Shown here: positions 52,926 to 62,011 of the stretch, one piece after another
How positions within the stretch are numbered: position 1 is the stretch's first letter
Layout of the letters: every line of letters starts with the position of its first letter
Assembly (NCBI GenBank): GCA_033764445.1
Contig: JANRIZ010000160.1
Location: forward strand, 3,084 to 67,083
DNA: 64,000 nucleotides
Direction: 5' to 3'
From: Verrucomicrobiia bacterium
Lineage (GTDB): Bacteria > Verrucomicrobiota > Verrucomicrobiia > JAWXBN01
Made by a program: the position numbers and the translations under genes
The notes under the pieces: model-generated
The model's input: the letters and a program-made list of their open reading frames with translations, nothing else
Told to the model about the DNA's origin: nothing
Databases searched by the model: none

Positions 52926-54503
52926 ATGAAAAGGCTCCTTTTTCTTCCCGGTCTGGTCCTCCTGCTGGTGCTGGCCGGATGTTCCCGCCCCGAACCCCGG
53001 GCGGAACTGACCTTCATCAACCGGGCGGAACCCGAGTCACTCGACCCCGCGGTCATCACCGGCCAGCCCGAACTGCGGATTGTCAGCTCCCTCTTTGAGG
53101 GACTCACCTCGCGGAATGCCGCCGGGGAAATCGTGCCCGGGGTGGCCGAAAAGTGGGAGGTCAGTCCCGACGGCCGCCATTATGTGTTTCATCTGCGCAA
53201 GGATGCCCGGTGGAGCAACGGGGACCCCGTCACCGCCCGGGATTTTTCATATTCCTGGAAGCGCGTCCTTGAGCCCGGTTCCACCGCCGAATATGTGTCG
53301 CAACTTTTTTTCCTGAAAAATGCCGAGGAATACAACCAGGGAAAGGTGAAGGATTTTTCACAGGTTGGTGTCAAGGCCCCCGACGACCATACCCTGACCG
53401 TGGAACTGGAAAATTCCACCCCGTTTTTCCTGGACCTCTGCGCCTTTGCGACACTGATGCCCGTCCACCGGGCCACGGTCGAAAAACATGGGGACGACTG
53501 GATCAAGCCCGGACGCATCGTTTCCAACGGTCCGTATGTCCTCGACCAGTGGCGGATCAATGACCGGATCCGGCTGCGGGCCAATCCGCTTTATTGGAAC
53601 CGGGACACCGTGAAACTGCGGACCGTGGACGCCCTGCCCATTGAAAAACCCAACACCTCGTTCAACATGTTTTATTCCGGGGCAGTCGATCTGGTTCTCG
53701 ACAAGGGGGCGATCCCCCCGTTGCTGCTGGGGGATATCCGCCAGGAAAAATATTTCCATTCCGGTCCCATCCTGGCGACCTATTTCTACCGGTTCAATGT
53801 CACCCGCAAACCCCTCGACAACCGTCTCGTGCGGCGGGCCCTGGCCCTGGCCATCGACCGGAGTCTGATCGTCACCAAGATCACCAAGTCCGGCGAACCC
53901 GTGGCCTTCAGCATGACCCCGCCCGGCACCGCCCGGTACACCCCTCCCGCAGGCCCCGGATTTGACCCCGTCCTGGCGCGGAAACTCCTTGCCGAGGCCG
54001 GGTATCCCGAGGGTAGGGGCTTCCCGCCGCTGACACTCCTTTACAACAAGACCGATCTGAACGAACAGATCGCCACCGAGGTCCAGCAGATGTGGAAGAA
54101 GGAACTGGGCATTCACATCCAGCTTTTGAAGCAGGAGTGGAAGGTGTATCTCAACAGCCTTTCACAACTCGACTATGACATCGGACAGAGTTCCTGGGTG
54201 GGGGATTACAATGATGTGCACACGTTTCTGAGCATTTTTATGGGCGGGGATGGGAACAACCGGACCGGCTGGAAAAACGCGGGGTTTGATTCCCTGGTCA
54301 ATGCCGGTCAGGCCGAACCGGACGCCGCCAAACGTGAAAAAACCTATCAGGAGGCCGAACGCCTGTTGATCACCGAGGAGGCGGTGATTGCGCCGCTGTA
54401 TCATCAGGTTTCGATCAAGCTGTACGATCCGGAGAAGATTGGCGGGGTGGTCAACAATCTCGTGGATGAAAATCCGCTCAAGGGGATTTACCGGAAAAAA
54501 TGA
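52926..54503 (+). CDS. Peptide ABC transporter substrate-binding lipoprotein (OppA-like, family 5)
   Basis: Lipobox LAGC, EPESLDP, LFEGL, F.LRKDARWSNGDPVTARDF, SNGPY, W.GDYND. Confidence 0.92.
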   Translation: MKRLLFLPGLVLLLVLAGCSRPEPRAELTFINRAEPESLDPAVITGQPELRIVSSLFEGLTSRNAAGEIVPGVAEKWEVSPDGRHYVFHLRKDARWSNGDPVTARDFSYSWKRVLEPGSTAEYVSQLFFLKNAEEYNQGKVKDFSQVGVKAPDDHTLTVELENSTPFFLDLCAFATLMPVHRATVEKHGDDWIKPGRIVSNGPYVLDQWRINDRIRLRANPLYWNRDTVKLRTVDALPIEKPNTSFNMFYSGAVDLVLDKGAIPPLLLGDIRQEKYFHSGPILATYFYRFNVTRKPLDNRLVRRALALAIDRSLIVTKITKSGEPVAFSMTPPGTARYTPPAGPGFDPVLARKLLAEAGYPEGRGFPPLTLLYNKTDLNEQIATEVQQMWKKELGIHIQLLKQEWKVYLNSLSQLDYDIGQSSWVGDYNDVHTFLSIFMGGDGNNRTGWKNAGFDSLVNAGQAEPDAAKREKTYQEAERLLITEEAVIAPLYHQVSIKLYDPEKIGGVVNNLVDENPLKGIYRKK

Positions 54504-54552
54504 GGGGGAGTTTACCCGCAGATATCGCAGATTGACGCCGATTTTTTTGGGG

Positions 54553-54586
54553 AGTTTTAACCGCGGATTTCGCGGATAACGCGGAT
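54553..54586 (+). repeat. Left arm of a 34-bp imperfect inverted repeat
   Basis: agttttaaccgcggatttcgcggataacgcggat; 29/34 match to the reverse complement of 54987-55020. Confidence 0.85.
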
Positions 54587-54596
54587 GGGGGATGGG

Positions 54597-54896
54597 TTAC
54601 GGATTAACACCAGTGATGGTGAACCAAAATTCAAAGTATGACTCTAAAGCTGCCGTAATGGATGGATTGTGTTCTGCTGCCCAAACGAGGGGAAAGTAGA
54701 ATCTCTCGAGGATGGGTCCTGTCGGTCTTTCCGTAATCATACGAAGCTGCGTTAACTTGATAAAACAGACTGCGACCGGCCCGATACTCAGGACGTAGAG
54801 GCAGAGGAGACTAAAGGTCCAGAGAGCGATCGTAGCGGCGGAGGTGCCGGAGGGACGATGGGGAGAAGCATTTTCCGGAGGAACCTCATCGGACAT
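54597..54896 (-). CDS. Small hypothetical membrane protein (LYVLSIGP...FY.PL.W type)
   Basis: One TM helix, own promoter TTGACC-17-TATCCT 6 nt upstream of ATG, more AT-rich than its neighbours. Confidence 0.7.
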   Translation of the reverse strand: MSDEVPPENASPHRPSGTSAATIALWTFSLLCLYVLSIGPVAVCFIKLTQLRMITERPTGPILERFYFPLVWAAEHNPSITAALESYFEFWFTITGVNP

Positions 54897-54986
54897 GGGG
54901 ATAGGATAGAATTGCTGTGGGGCGGGGTCAAGACAGGAGCCATAGCCCTCAGAGGATCAGCTTTCAAATTGAATTTTGTATTTCCT

Positions 54987-55020
54987 ATCCGTGATTTCCG
55001 CGTGATCCGCGGTTAAAACT
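54987..55020 (-). repeat. Right arm of the 34-bp imperfect inverted repeat
   Basis: atccgtgatttccgcgtgatccgcggttaaaact. Confidence 0.85.
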
Positions 55021-55129
55021 GATCTGTGTCATTCTGAATAAAAAATTGACACAACTTTCATATCCGCCGTTTTTCTGATTGCCCTCGCCTTTTTTTTTGG
55101 TACTTTGACCCTCTTTTCTCAATCACACT

Positions 55130-56086
55130 ATGGTCGCTGGATACGCAGAAATGAAGATATTTAGTGGCTCCTCCAATCCTGATCTCGCCCAGAACATTGC
55201 GGCATCTGTCGGGGTCAAACTGGGGGACGCCACGGTCACGTCCTTTCCCGACGGGGAAACCTTCGTCAAGATCAATGAAAATGTGCGGGGTCGGGATGTG
55301 TTCATCATCCAGAGCACGTGTCCCCCGACCAACCATCATCTGATGGAGCTGTTTATCATGATCGATGCCGCCCGGCGGGCCAGTGCACAGCGGATCACCG
55401 CCGTCATTCCCTTCTACGGGTACGCCCGTCAGGACCGCAAGGACCAGCCCCGGGTGCCCATCACCGCCAAACTTGTGGCCAATCTGCTCGTCGAGGCCGG
55501 GGCCAACCGTGTGATCACCATGGACCTGCATGCGCAGCAGATTCAGGGGTTTTTTGACATTCCCGTCGATCACCTGTACGCCTCGCCGGTCTTTTACCGG
55601 CATCTCCAGTCCAAAAAGATCAAGGACCTTGTGGTGGTTTCCCCGGATGTCGGCGGCATGAAGATGGCCTATGCGTACTCCAAGCTTCTGCATTCGGACC
55701 TCGCGATCATTTCCAAGAACCGCAAGAGTGCCACCGAAACCGAGGCATTGAACATTGTGGGAAATGTCAAGGGCCGGACCGTGATCATGGTTGACGACAT
55801 CACCGAGACGGCCGGGACCCTGTGCAACGGTGCAAAATTCCTAAAAAAAGCTGGCGCCAAGCGGATTCTTGCGGTAGTTTCGCACTCCGTCTTAAGCAAG
55901 TTGAGTGTTGACCGGCTCAAGGCTTCGCCGATTGAGGAGTTGATTACGACCGATTCCGTCCCCACGAAAGTGGATACCAAAGGTGTCAAGCTGACGATAT
56001 TAAGTGTCGCGGATCTGTTGGGTGAGGCCATCCAGCGCATCCACCGGAACGAGTCGGTCACCAGTCTCTTTGAGATCGAAAAATAG
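55130..56086 (+). CDS. prs: Ribose-phosphate pyrophosphokinase
   Basis: FPDGETFV, VRGRDVF, YARQDRK, DLHAQQIQGFF, VSPDVGG, VDDITETAGT; start could be 55151. Confidence 0.97.
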   Translation: MVAGYAEMKIFSGSSNPDLAQNIAASVGVKLGDATVTSFPDGETFVKINENVRGRDVFIIQSTCPPTNHHLMELFIMIDAARRASAQRITAVIPFYGYARQDRKDQPRVPITAKLVANLLVEAGANRVITMDLHAQQIQGFFDIPVDHLYASPVFYRHLQSKKIKDLVVVSPDVGGMKMAYAYSKLLHSDLAIISKNRKSATETEALNIVGNVKGRTVIMVDDITETAGTLCNGAKFLKKAGAKRILAVVSHSVLSKLSVDRLKASPIEELITTDSVPTKVDTKGVKLTILSVADLLGEAIQRIHRNESVTSLFEIEK

Positions 56087-56124
56087 ATGCCGTTGACAAT
56101 GGCGTCGCAACCTGAAGAAACATC

Positions 56125-56853
56125 ATGGCAAAAACCATCAGTCTGAAAGCACAGTCCCGCACCCACATGGGAACCACCGGGGCCAACCGTCTGCGCAAAC
56201 AGGGCATCGTGCCCGCGGTCATTTACGGCAAAAAAACCAATCCGGTCAGTGTCCAGCTCAATGACCGCGAGGTGCGCACCGCCCTCAAGCATGTCTCCGG
56301 CGAGAATGTCCTGGTTGATTTGCAGCTTGACCTCAATGGCCGGACCGAAAGCCATTTTGCGCTGCTTCAGGAAGTCCAGCACGACACCCTCAGCGGCCAG
56401 ATTCTGCATCTGGACCTCCACGAGATCGCCCAGGATGAGCTCATCCGCATCGACATTCCTGTCGAGGCCGTTGGTGAGGCGGCCGGGGTCCGGACCGCCG
56501 GCGGGCTGCTGGAACATACCATGCACACCCTGCATGTGGAATGTCTGCCCAAGGACATGCCCGAGGTCATCAGCGTGGATGTTTCCTCGCTGGAAATCGG
56601 CCAGTCCATCCACGTTTCGGATATCGTGGTTCCGGCGGGAGTGACCGTTTTGAGCCAGAAGACTCTGACCGCCTTTGCGTGTGTGGCACCCAAGGCCGTT
56701 GAGGAAACCGCCCCCGGAGCCGCCGCAGCGGCTGCCACCGGCGAGGTCGAGGTCATCAAGGAGAAAAAGGCCGAGGGCGATGCCGCCAAGGCCGGCGACA
56801 AAAAGGCTCCCGAGGCCAAGGGCGGGGAGAAGAAGGAAGCCGCCAAAAAGTAA
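56125..56853 (+). CDS. rplY: 50S ribosomal protein L25/general stress protein Ctc
   Basis: RLRKQGIVPAVIYG, EVQHD, HLDLHEI, GVRTAGG, CLPKDMPE, LEIGQSIHVSDI. Confidence 0.95.
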   Translation: MAKTISLKAQSRTHMGTTGANRLRKQGIVPAVIYGKKTNPVSVQLNDREVRTALKHVSGENVLVDLQLDLNGRTESHFALLQEVQHDTLSGQILHLDLHEIAQDELIRIDIPVEAVGEAAGVRTAGGLLEHTMHTLHVECLPKDMPEVISVDVSSLEIGQSIHVSDIVVPAGVTVLSQKTLTAFACVAPKAVEETAPGAAAAAATGEVEVIKEKKAEGDAAKAGDKKAPEAKGGEKKEAAKK

Positions 56854-56916
56854 TTTCAACCCGGGGTCTGCCGTGGGTCCAACCACGGACTCGGCCCCCC
56901 TGTTTTTTGACATCAC

Positions 56917-57546
56917 ATGGTCAGCCCCGAGGATCAGCCCCACACGGGACGGGTTCTCCTGGTGGGACTGGGCAATCCCGGTGTGCGGTATGAGCGCACC
57001 CGGCACAATGTCGGGTTTGACGTTCTCGACGCCCTGGCAGGAAGGATGGGCACGGAGTTTGTTCCGCGGCCCGACTGGAAGGCCCACGTGGCCGAAGGTC
57101 TGCTGGGGCAGCGCCACACCAGGGCCCTGTTGCTCAAGCCGCAGACATTCATGAACCTCAGCGGGGAGGCGGTGGCCGCCGCCGTCCGGTGGTTCAAGCT
57201 CGATCCGGCCAGTCAGGTGGTGGTCATTCTCGACGAGGTGGCCCTGCCCTTTGGGCGCATCCGCATCCGTCCCCACGGTTCCGCCGGGGGGCACAACGGA
57301 CTCCAATCCGTCATCGACCATCTCGGGACGCCGCAATTTGCGCGGGTCCGGATCGGGGTGGGGGAGCGGACGGTGCCGGGGATGGAGTTGGCTGATCATG
57401 TGCTGGGAAAATTTTCCCGGGAGGAATGGGGGGAGGTTCAACAGGACCTTCTTCCCCGGGTCCTGGAGGCCCTTGCGGTTATGAATGACCGGGGGATCGG
57501 CCAGGCGATGAACCAATTTAACCAAGCAAAAGAGCAAGACATATGA
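56917..57546 (+). CDS. pth: Peptidyl-tRNA hydrolase
   Basis: LVGLGNPG..YERTRHNVGF, LKPQTFMNLSG, GSAGGHNGL, RVRIGVG. Confidence 0.97.
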   Translation: MVSPEDQPHTGRVLLVGLGNPGVRYERTRHNVGFDVLDALAGRMGTEFVPRPDWKAHVAEGLLGQRHTRALLLKPQTFMNLSGEAVAAAVRWFKLDPASQVVVILDEVALPFGRIRIRPHGSAGGHNGLQSVIDHLGTPQFARVRIGVGERTVPGMELADHVLGKFSREEWGEVQQDLLPRVLEALAVMNDRGIGQAMNQFNQAKEQDI

Positions 57547-57857
57547 AACGATACGAAGCGTTGTTTATTCTCAACACCAACGGCAAGGAGGAATCCGTGC
57601 AGGAACTCGTCGACCGCATCAAGGGCGATTTGCAGAAGTCCGGCGCGCAGGTGTCCTCTGTCCAGAAGCTGGACCGCAAACAGTTCGCCTACAAGGCCGG
57701 CAGTGGCGAGACCAGCGGATTCTACGTCAATTACGTTCTGGAAGCCTCCGCCGAGGTGGTGGACAAGCTCAAGAACCGTTTTCGCATTGATGAGGATGTG
57801 ATGCGGGTCCAGATCACCCATTCCCCGCTGCACGTGCAGCCCGTGGCGACAAACTGA
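57543..57857 (+). CDS. rpsF: 30S ribosomal protein S6
   Basis: MKRYEALFIL, FAY, GFYV, FRIDEDVMRVQI; operon context. Confidence 0.92.
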   Translation: MKRYEALFILNTNGKEESVQELVDRIKGDLQKSGAQVSSVQKLDRKQFAYKAGSGETSGFYVNYVLEASAEVVDKLKNRFRIDEDVMRVQITHSPLHVQPVATN

Positions 57858-57888
57858 TTTTCGACATTCGGCAACCGGCACTCCCCCT

Positions 57889-58350
57889 ATGGCAAGTTTC
57901 AACAAAGTCCTCCTCTTGGGCAATCTGACCCGGGACCCCGAGCTGCGGTACACCCCCAAGGGGACCGCCGTGGCGGATATCGGCATGGCCATCAACAAGG
58001 TTTACCGCACGGCCGACGGTGCGGAAAAGGAGGAGGTCTGCTACGTGACCGTCGAGACCTGGGGCCGCCAGGCCGAGACGGCCGGTGAGTATCTGAGCAA
58101 GGGAGCCCCCATTTTTGTCGAGGGGGAACTCAAGCTGGAACAGTGGACCAACAAGGAGGGCAAAAAACAGAGCACCCTCAAGGTCCGGGCCGAACGCATC
58201 CAATTTCTGGGCCGTCCCAAAAACGCCGAATACCGCGAGGGCGGTTCCGGCGGTTCCCGACCCGCGCGGTCCGCTCCGGCGGAAAACCGTCCCGCCGCCC
58301 CTGTCGAGGACGAACCACCGGCCGCCGAAGAGGACGACATTCCGTTTTGA
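57889..58350 (+). CDS. ssb: Single-stranded DNA-binding protein
   Basis: NKVLLLGNLTRDPELRYTPKG, VEGEL, acidic tail EDDIPF. Confidence 0.97.
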   Translation: MASFNKVLLLGNLTRDPELRYTPKGTAVADIGMAINKVYRTADGAEKEEVCYVTVETWGRQAETAGEYLSKGAPIFVEGELKLEQWTNKEGKKQSTLKVRAERIQFLGRPKNAEYREGGSGGSRPARSAPAENRPAAPVEDEPPAAEEDDIPF

Positions 58351-58402
58351 ACCGGTGGCAAAAACGATTTATTAAACCAAAGCAAACAAGAAGAGACTGA
58401 TT

Positions 58403-58975
58403 ATGGCAACGACACATGTGATCCTGACCACCCCCATCCGCAACCTGGGCGCCGAAGGCGACAAGGTGAAAGTGAAGGCCGGTTTTGCCCGCAATTTCCT
58501 GATCCCCACCGGCAAGGCATTGCCCGTGACCAAGGGAGCCCTCAAGAAAGTCGAGGAACTCCAGAAAATCCGTGCCGAACGCGAGGTGCGTGAGATCAAC
58601 GAGGCCAATGAAATGGCCACAAAACTCAACAAACTCAAAATCAATTTCACCCTCAAGACCGGAGCCGAAGACAAGGCCTTCGGGTCCGTCACCAGCAATG
58701 ACATCATCGACCGCCTCAAGGCCGAGGGCTTTGAGCTGGAACGCCGCCAGGTCCGTCTGGAAAAACCCGTCAAAACCGTGGGCAGCCACGAGGTGACTCT
58801 CAATCTCCACGCCGACGTGGTTGTCAATCTCACCTTTGAAGTCGTCGCCGAGGTGGCCGCCCCCCGTGAGGAGCCCAAGGGCAAACGCCCCCGCACGGAA
58901 AAGGGGGACAAGACCGAGAAAGCCCCGGTCCGGAAAAAGTCCAAAAAGGATGAGGAAGCTCCCGCCGCCGAATAG
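58403..58975 (+). CDS. rplI: 50S ribosomal protein L9
   Basis: LGAEGDKVKVKAGFARNFLIP, KAFGSVT..DI, PVKTVG.H. Confidence 0.96.
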   Translation: MATTHVILTTPIRNLGAEGDKVKVKAGFARNFLIPTGKALPVTKGALKKVEELQKIRAEREVREINEANEMATKLNKLKINFTLKTGAEDKAFGSVTSNDIIDRLKAEGFELERRQVRLEKPVKTVGSHEVTLNLHADVVVNLTFEVVAEVAAPREEPKGKRPRTEKGDKTEKAPVRKKSKKDEEAPAAE

Positions 58976-59003
58976 GGACGCAAAAACCGTCCAGCCCGTT
59001 TTC

Positions 59004-59031
59004 AAAAGCCGGTTCGCACGAACCGGCTTTT
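59004..59031. terminator. Bidirectional-type intrinsic terminator after rplI
   Basis: AAAAGCCGGTTC-GCAC-GAACCGGCTTTT perfect hairpin. Confidence 0.85.
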
Positions 59032-59071
59032 ATATTTCACACCATTGATGAATGCATTCGGTCGATCGGTG

Positions 59072-59127
59072 GCAGAGCCACGGACTTGTCCCGGATGGTT
59101 CGGGATGTACACGGATCACACACGGAT
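59072..59127 (-). repeat. 56-bp dispersed repeat, copy B (inverted relative to A)
   Basis: gcagagccacggacttgtcccggatggttcgggatgtacacggatcacacacggat. Confidence 0.9.
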
Positions 59128-59271
59128 GTGAGAGTCTGAAGACGCAAAGAATTGTGCAACCAATCTGATGATGGGACGTCTCTTGTATTGAAGGCGAGGG
59201 CACCCATGGAAAACCGTGGAACAAAACAGCCTGCTGATCTTGAGGTTCGATTCGTGTCTGGCATTTTTCTG

Positions 59272-59348
59272 ATCCGTGTTTGATCGGTGTTTCATCCGTG
59301 GCCTCCGATTTCACCAGACTCTTTGAGAGCCACCGATGAAACACGGAT
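59272..59348. repeat. Further short CACGGAT-family arms
   Basis: atccgtgtttgatcggtgtttcatccgtggc (59272-59302) and agccaccgatgaaacacggat (59328-59348). Confidence 0.7.
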
Positions 59349-59505
59349 TTTTGGGGATGTGGATTTACATATCCAGACAGCAGGAATGTGTGCGGCTGAA
59401 GCGGGACACGCATGCCCGCCCATCCGCACCCCAATGCAGTTCCTTGATGCCGGCACTGATCCGTCACGGGTATCAGTCCCCTGAAAATGAACACGTTGGC
59501 TGTGG

Positions 59506-60204
59506 TCAGTCCGATTTCCGGCCCACGACGAAGTTGAGCAGGAGAACCCAGAAAATTCCCGCCAGGGCGCCGATGGGCATCTGCAGGGGCAGGGGCATCG
59601 CGTAAATGATCAGGACCGTCGGAAACCAGAAGAAAAAATTTGAGACAAAGGCCGGGGCGATCCGCTTGAGGACATAACTGTCCCGGATCACCGCCACAAA
59701 TCGCGCCCGGTCAAATCCCGAATCCCGCCAGGTGGTGGCCAGGCAGTTGATGTTGTTGGCAAAAAGCATGGTGAAGAGGAACTGATCCGCCAGGGCCTTC
59801 AGGAGCAGGATCCGCCAGTCCAGTGACGTGCCGAAGACGTGGTGTTGGACGTGGTAGAACAGGTCCACCCAGACGCTGCTCAGACCCCAGTAAAGGAAGT
59901 TGAATGCATAATATTTCCACGAATGGGTCTGCCAGCGGGACCTGTTTGTGGTCGCCCATTTTAAAAACTCCGAAAAGAGACCCACGCCCACGGCCCCGAT
60001 GACAAAGGACGAGACAAATCCATATCCGTTGCGGAGCGTGGACAGCCGGGCCAGGAAATCCGCCACGGCGGGGCTGGTGAAATAGGCGATGAGCAGCAGC
60101 AGGATCAGTCCCTGGATAATCAGACCCGGCAGCAGGTTCGCCTTGGCCCCCTCCCACCCGGGACGGATCAGGCGGTCAAAAAGGGTGGGGGAGCCGGGAT
60201 GCAT
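59506..60204 (-). CDS. Mpv17/PMP22-like membrane protein
   Basis: C-terminal KALADQFLF, NFFFWFP...IIY.MPL.LQ and W..LL pattern of the Mpv17/PMP22 family; about 6 TMs. Confidence 0.65.
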   Translation of the reverse strand: MHPGSPTLFDRLIRPGWEGAKANLLPGLIIQGLILLLLIAYFTSPAVADFLARLSTLRNGYGFVSSFVIGAVGVGLFSEFLKWATTNRSRWQTHSWKYYAFNFLYWGLSSVWVDLFYHVQHHVFGTSLDWRILLLKALADQFLFTMLFANNINCLATTWRDSGFDRARFVAVIRDSYVLKRIAPAFVSNFFFWFPTVLIIYAMPLPLQMPIGALAGIFWVLLLNFVVGRKSD

Positions 60205-60214
60205 CGGGGATGGA

Positions 60215-61117
60215 TCAAAACTGGCTGTAGAGCTTCAATTTTTCAAAACGTTCCGAGATTTGTTCCTGGGTGACCGTCTGAAGACGCCCGAGGCTGAAGG
60301 CCTCGACGTTGAACGAGGCGAGGGTGGAGCCATAGATGATCCCCTTGCGGATGGCCTCAAAGGTGATGTCCCCTCCGGTCCCGGCCAGGTGCCCCATCAG
60401 CGCCCCGGCAAAGGTGTCGCCCGCACCGGTGGGATCGTGCAGGTCTTCAAGGGGATAGGCCCCGGCGCTGAAAAATTTGTTGTCACCGAAGAGCAGACTC
60501 CCGTGTTCGCCCTTTTTGATGATCACGTATTGGGGCCCCATCCCGAGCATTTTGCGACCGGCGCGGATCAGACTCGTTTCCTTGGTGAATTCGCGGGCCT
60601 CGCTGTCGTTGAGGATGAGCATATCCACCTTGCGCAGCAGGGCGCGGAGATCCTCCTGGGCGATGTTGATCCACAGGTCCATGGTGTCCGCCACGACGAA
60701 CTTCGGATTTTTGACCTGGTTGAAGACATTCATCTGAAGGGCCGGGTGGATATTGGCCAGGAGCACGTAGGGGGAGGACTGGTAGGAGGCGGGCAGGACC
60801 GGGTTGAATTTTTCAAAGACATTCAGGTCCACCGAGAGCGTGCTGCGGGTGTTGTAGTCCCACTCGTATTTTCCATGCCAGCGGAAGGTTTTCCCCTCCT
60901 CGTACTTCAGGCCCTCCGTATCGATTTTGAAGCGGGAAAAAAGTTCGGTGAACGGTTTTGGAAAATCCGTGCCCACCACCCCGACGAGACGCACCGGGCA
61001 GAAAAAGCTCGCGGCGATGGCGGCATAGGAGGCCGACCCCCCCAGCATGTCCGTGTGTTTTTCGAGGGGGGTATCGATGGAATCGAGGGCGATGGAACCG
61101 ACAATGAGCAGTGACAT
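60215..61117 (-). CDS. PfkB/ribokinase family carbohydrate or nucleoside kinase
   Basis: GSIALD, GGSASYA, VGTDFP, LNDSEA, IKKGEHG, DPTGAGDTFAG. Confidence 0.92.
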   Translation of the reverse strand: MSLLIVGSIALDSIDTPLEKHTDMLGGSASYAAIAASFFCPVRLVGVVGTDFPKPFTELFSRFKIDTEGLKYEEGKTFRWHGKYEWDYNTRSTLSVDLNVFEKFNPVLPASYQSSPYVLLANIHPALQMNVFNQVKNPKFVVADTMDLWINIAQEDLRALLRKVDMLILNDSEAREFTKETSLIRAGRKMLGMGPQYVIIKKGEHGSLLFGDNKFFSAGAYPLEDLHDPTGAGDTFAGALMGHLAGTGGDITFEAIRKGIIYGSTLASFNVEAFSLGRLQTVTQEQISERFEKLKLYSQF

Positions 61118-61223
61118 AAGGCGTGCGAGATAATCAGAAAAACAACCGCGGGTGAAGGGAAAATTCAGCCATCACCGCTTTTTTGGCGTGCATCCCGGGG
61201 GTCAGCCGATAAAAAGGGTCCGG

Positions 61224-61934
61224 ATGAAATGGCTGAAACTGATCATTGGCATTGAGCTGCTGCCGCTGTGTTACGCTGTGACCTGGACTTTTTTTGAGAC
61301 CGTGGCCGGGGCGGGTCCGTGGAAGGAGTCGCTGACGGCCGCGCCGTTTCTGATGTTTCTGGGCGGGTTTGCCCTGTGGATGGGGATTTTTTTCTGCCTG
61401 CCCAAACCCATGCGGGTTTACGTGTTTGGGCATGAGCTGACCCATGCCGTCTGGGCCATTTGCATGGGAGGCCGGGTGTCCTCGTTCAAGGTGGGGGCCG
61501 ATGGCGGGTATGTTGTGACCGACAAGGTCAATTTCTGGATTTCGCTGGCCCCGTATTTTTTCCCCATCTACACCGTCATTCTCATGATCCTGTGGGGTAT
61601 TGCCCATCTGATCTGGGATTTGAATGCCTGGGTCATCTGGCTGTATTTTATGATTGGACTGACGTATTCGTTTCATGTGACCTTTACCGCCAAGATGATC
61701 CCGACCGTCCAACCGGATATCACCAGCAACGGATGGCTGTTTTCACTGGTGATCATCTATCTGATGAACCTTTTGAGCGTCTGGCTCTTTTTGGTGGCCG
61801 TCCATCCCGCTTTGACATGGAAGGGATCGATGCAAATGCTCGGATATCACAGCCTTGAAACGTACGAGGCCGTCCTGGTTTTTATGATGAAGAGCGTCCG
61901 GGATTTATGGACGCTCATTTTCCACAAGCCATGA
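61224..61934 (+). CDS. M50-like intramembrane zinc metallopeptidase
   Basis: FGHELTHA (HExxH) within TM region, ISLAPYFFP, SDI-like QPDI; multiple TMs. Confidence 0.7.
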   Translation: MKWLKLIIGIELLPLCYAVTWTFFETVAGAGPWKESLTAAPFLMFLGGFALWMGIFFCLPKPMRVYVFGHELTHAVWAICMGGRVSSFKVGADGGYVVTDKVNFWISLAPYFFPIYTVILMILWGIAHLIWDLNAWVIWLYFMIGLTYSFHVTFTAKMIPTVQPDITSNGWLFSLVIIYLMNLLSVWLFLVAVHPALTWKGSMQMLGYHSLETYEAVLVFMMKSVRDLWTLIFHKP

Positions 61935-62011
61935 TTGCAATTTAACGTACAACTTTGTCCAGATTTTTATGTTTAAAGAGTTGAGAGAAAACTTGTTCAC
62001 ACTCTCACAGT

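Noticed and set aside
52926-54503. OppA without oppBCDF as a novel system
   Set aside because: Orphan family-5 binding proteins served by permeases encoded elsewhere are common; nothing else unusual seen.
55021-55129. tRNA-Gln often found upstream of prs
   Set aside because: No cloverleaf, T-loop or CCA is present in this interval.
59128-59271. Possible degraded GxxExxY-type cargo gene between repeat arms B and 59272
   Set aside because: The three + strand frames, translated by hand, show no GxxExxY or other motif and two are interrupted by stops; the - strand frames were not fully checked. The cargo, if any, is unidentifiable.
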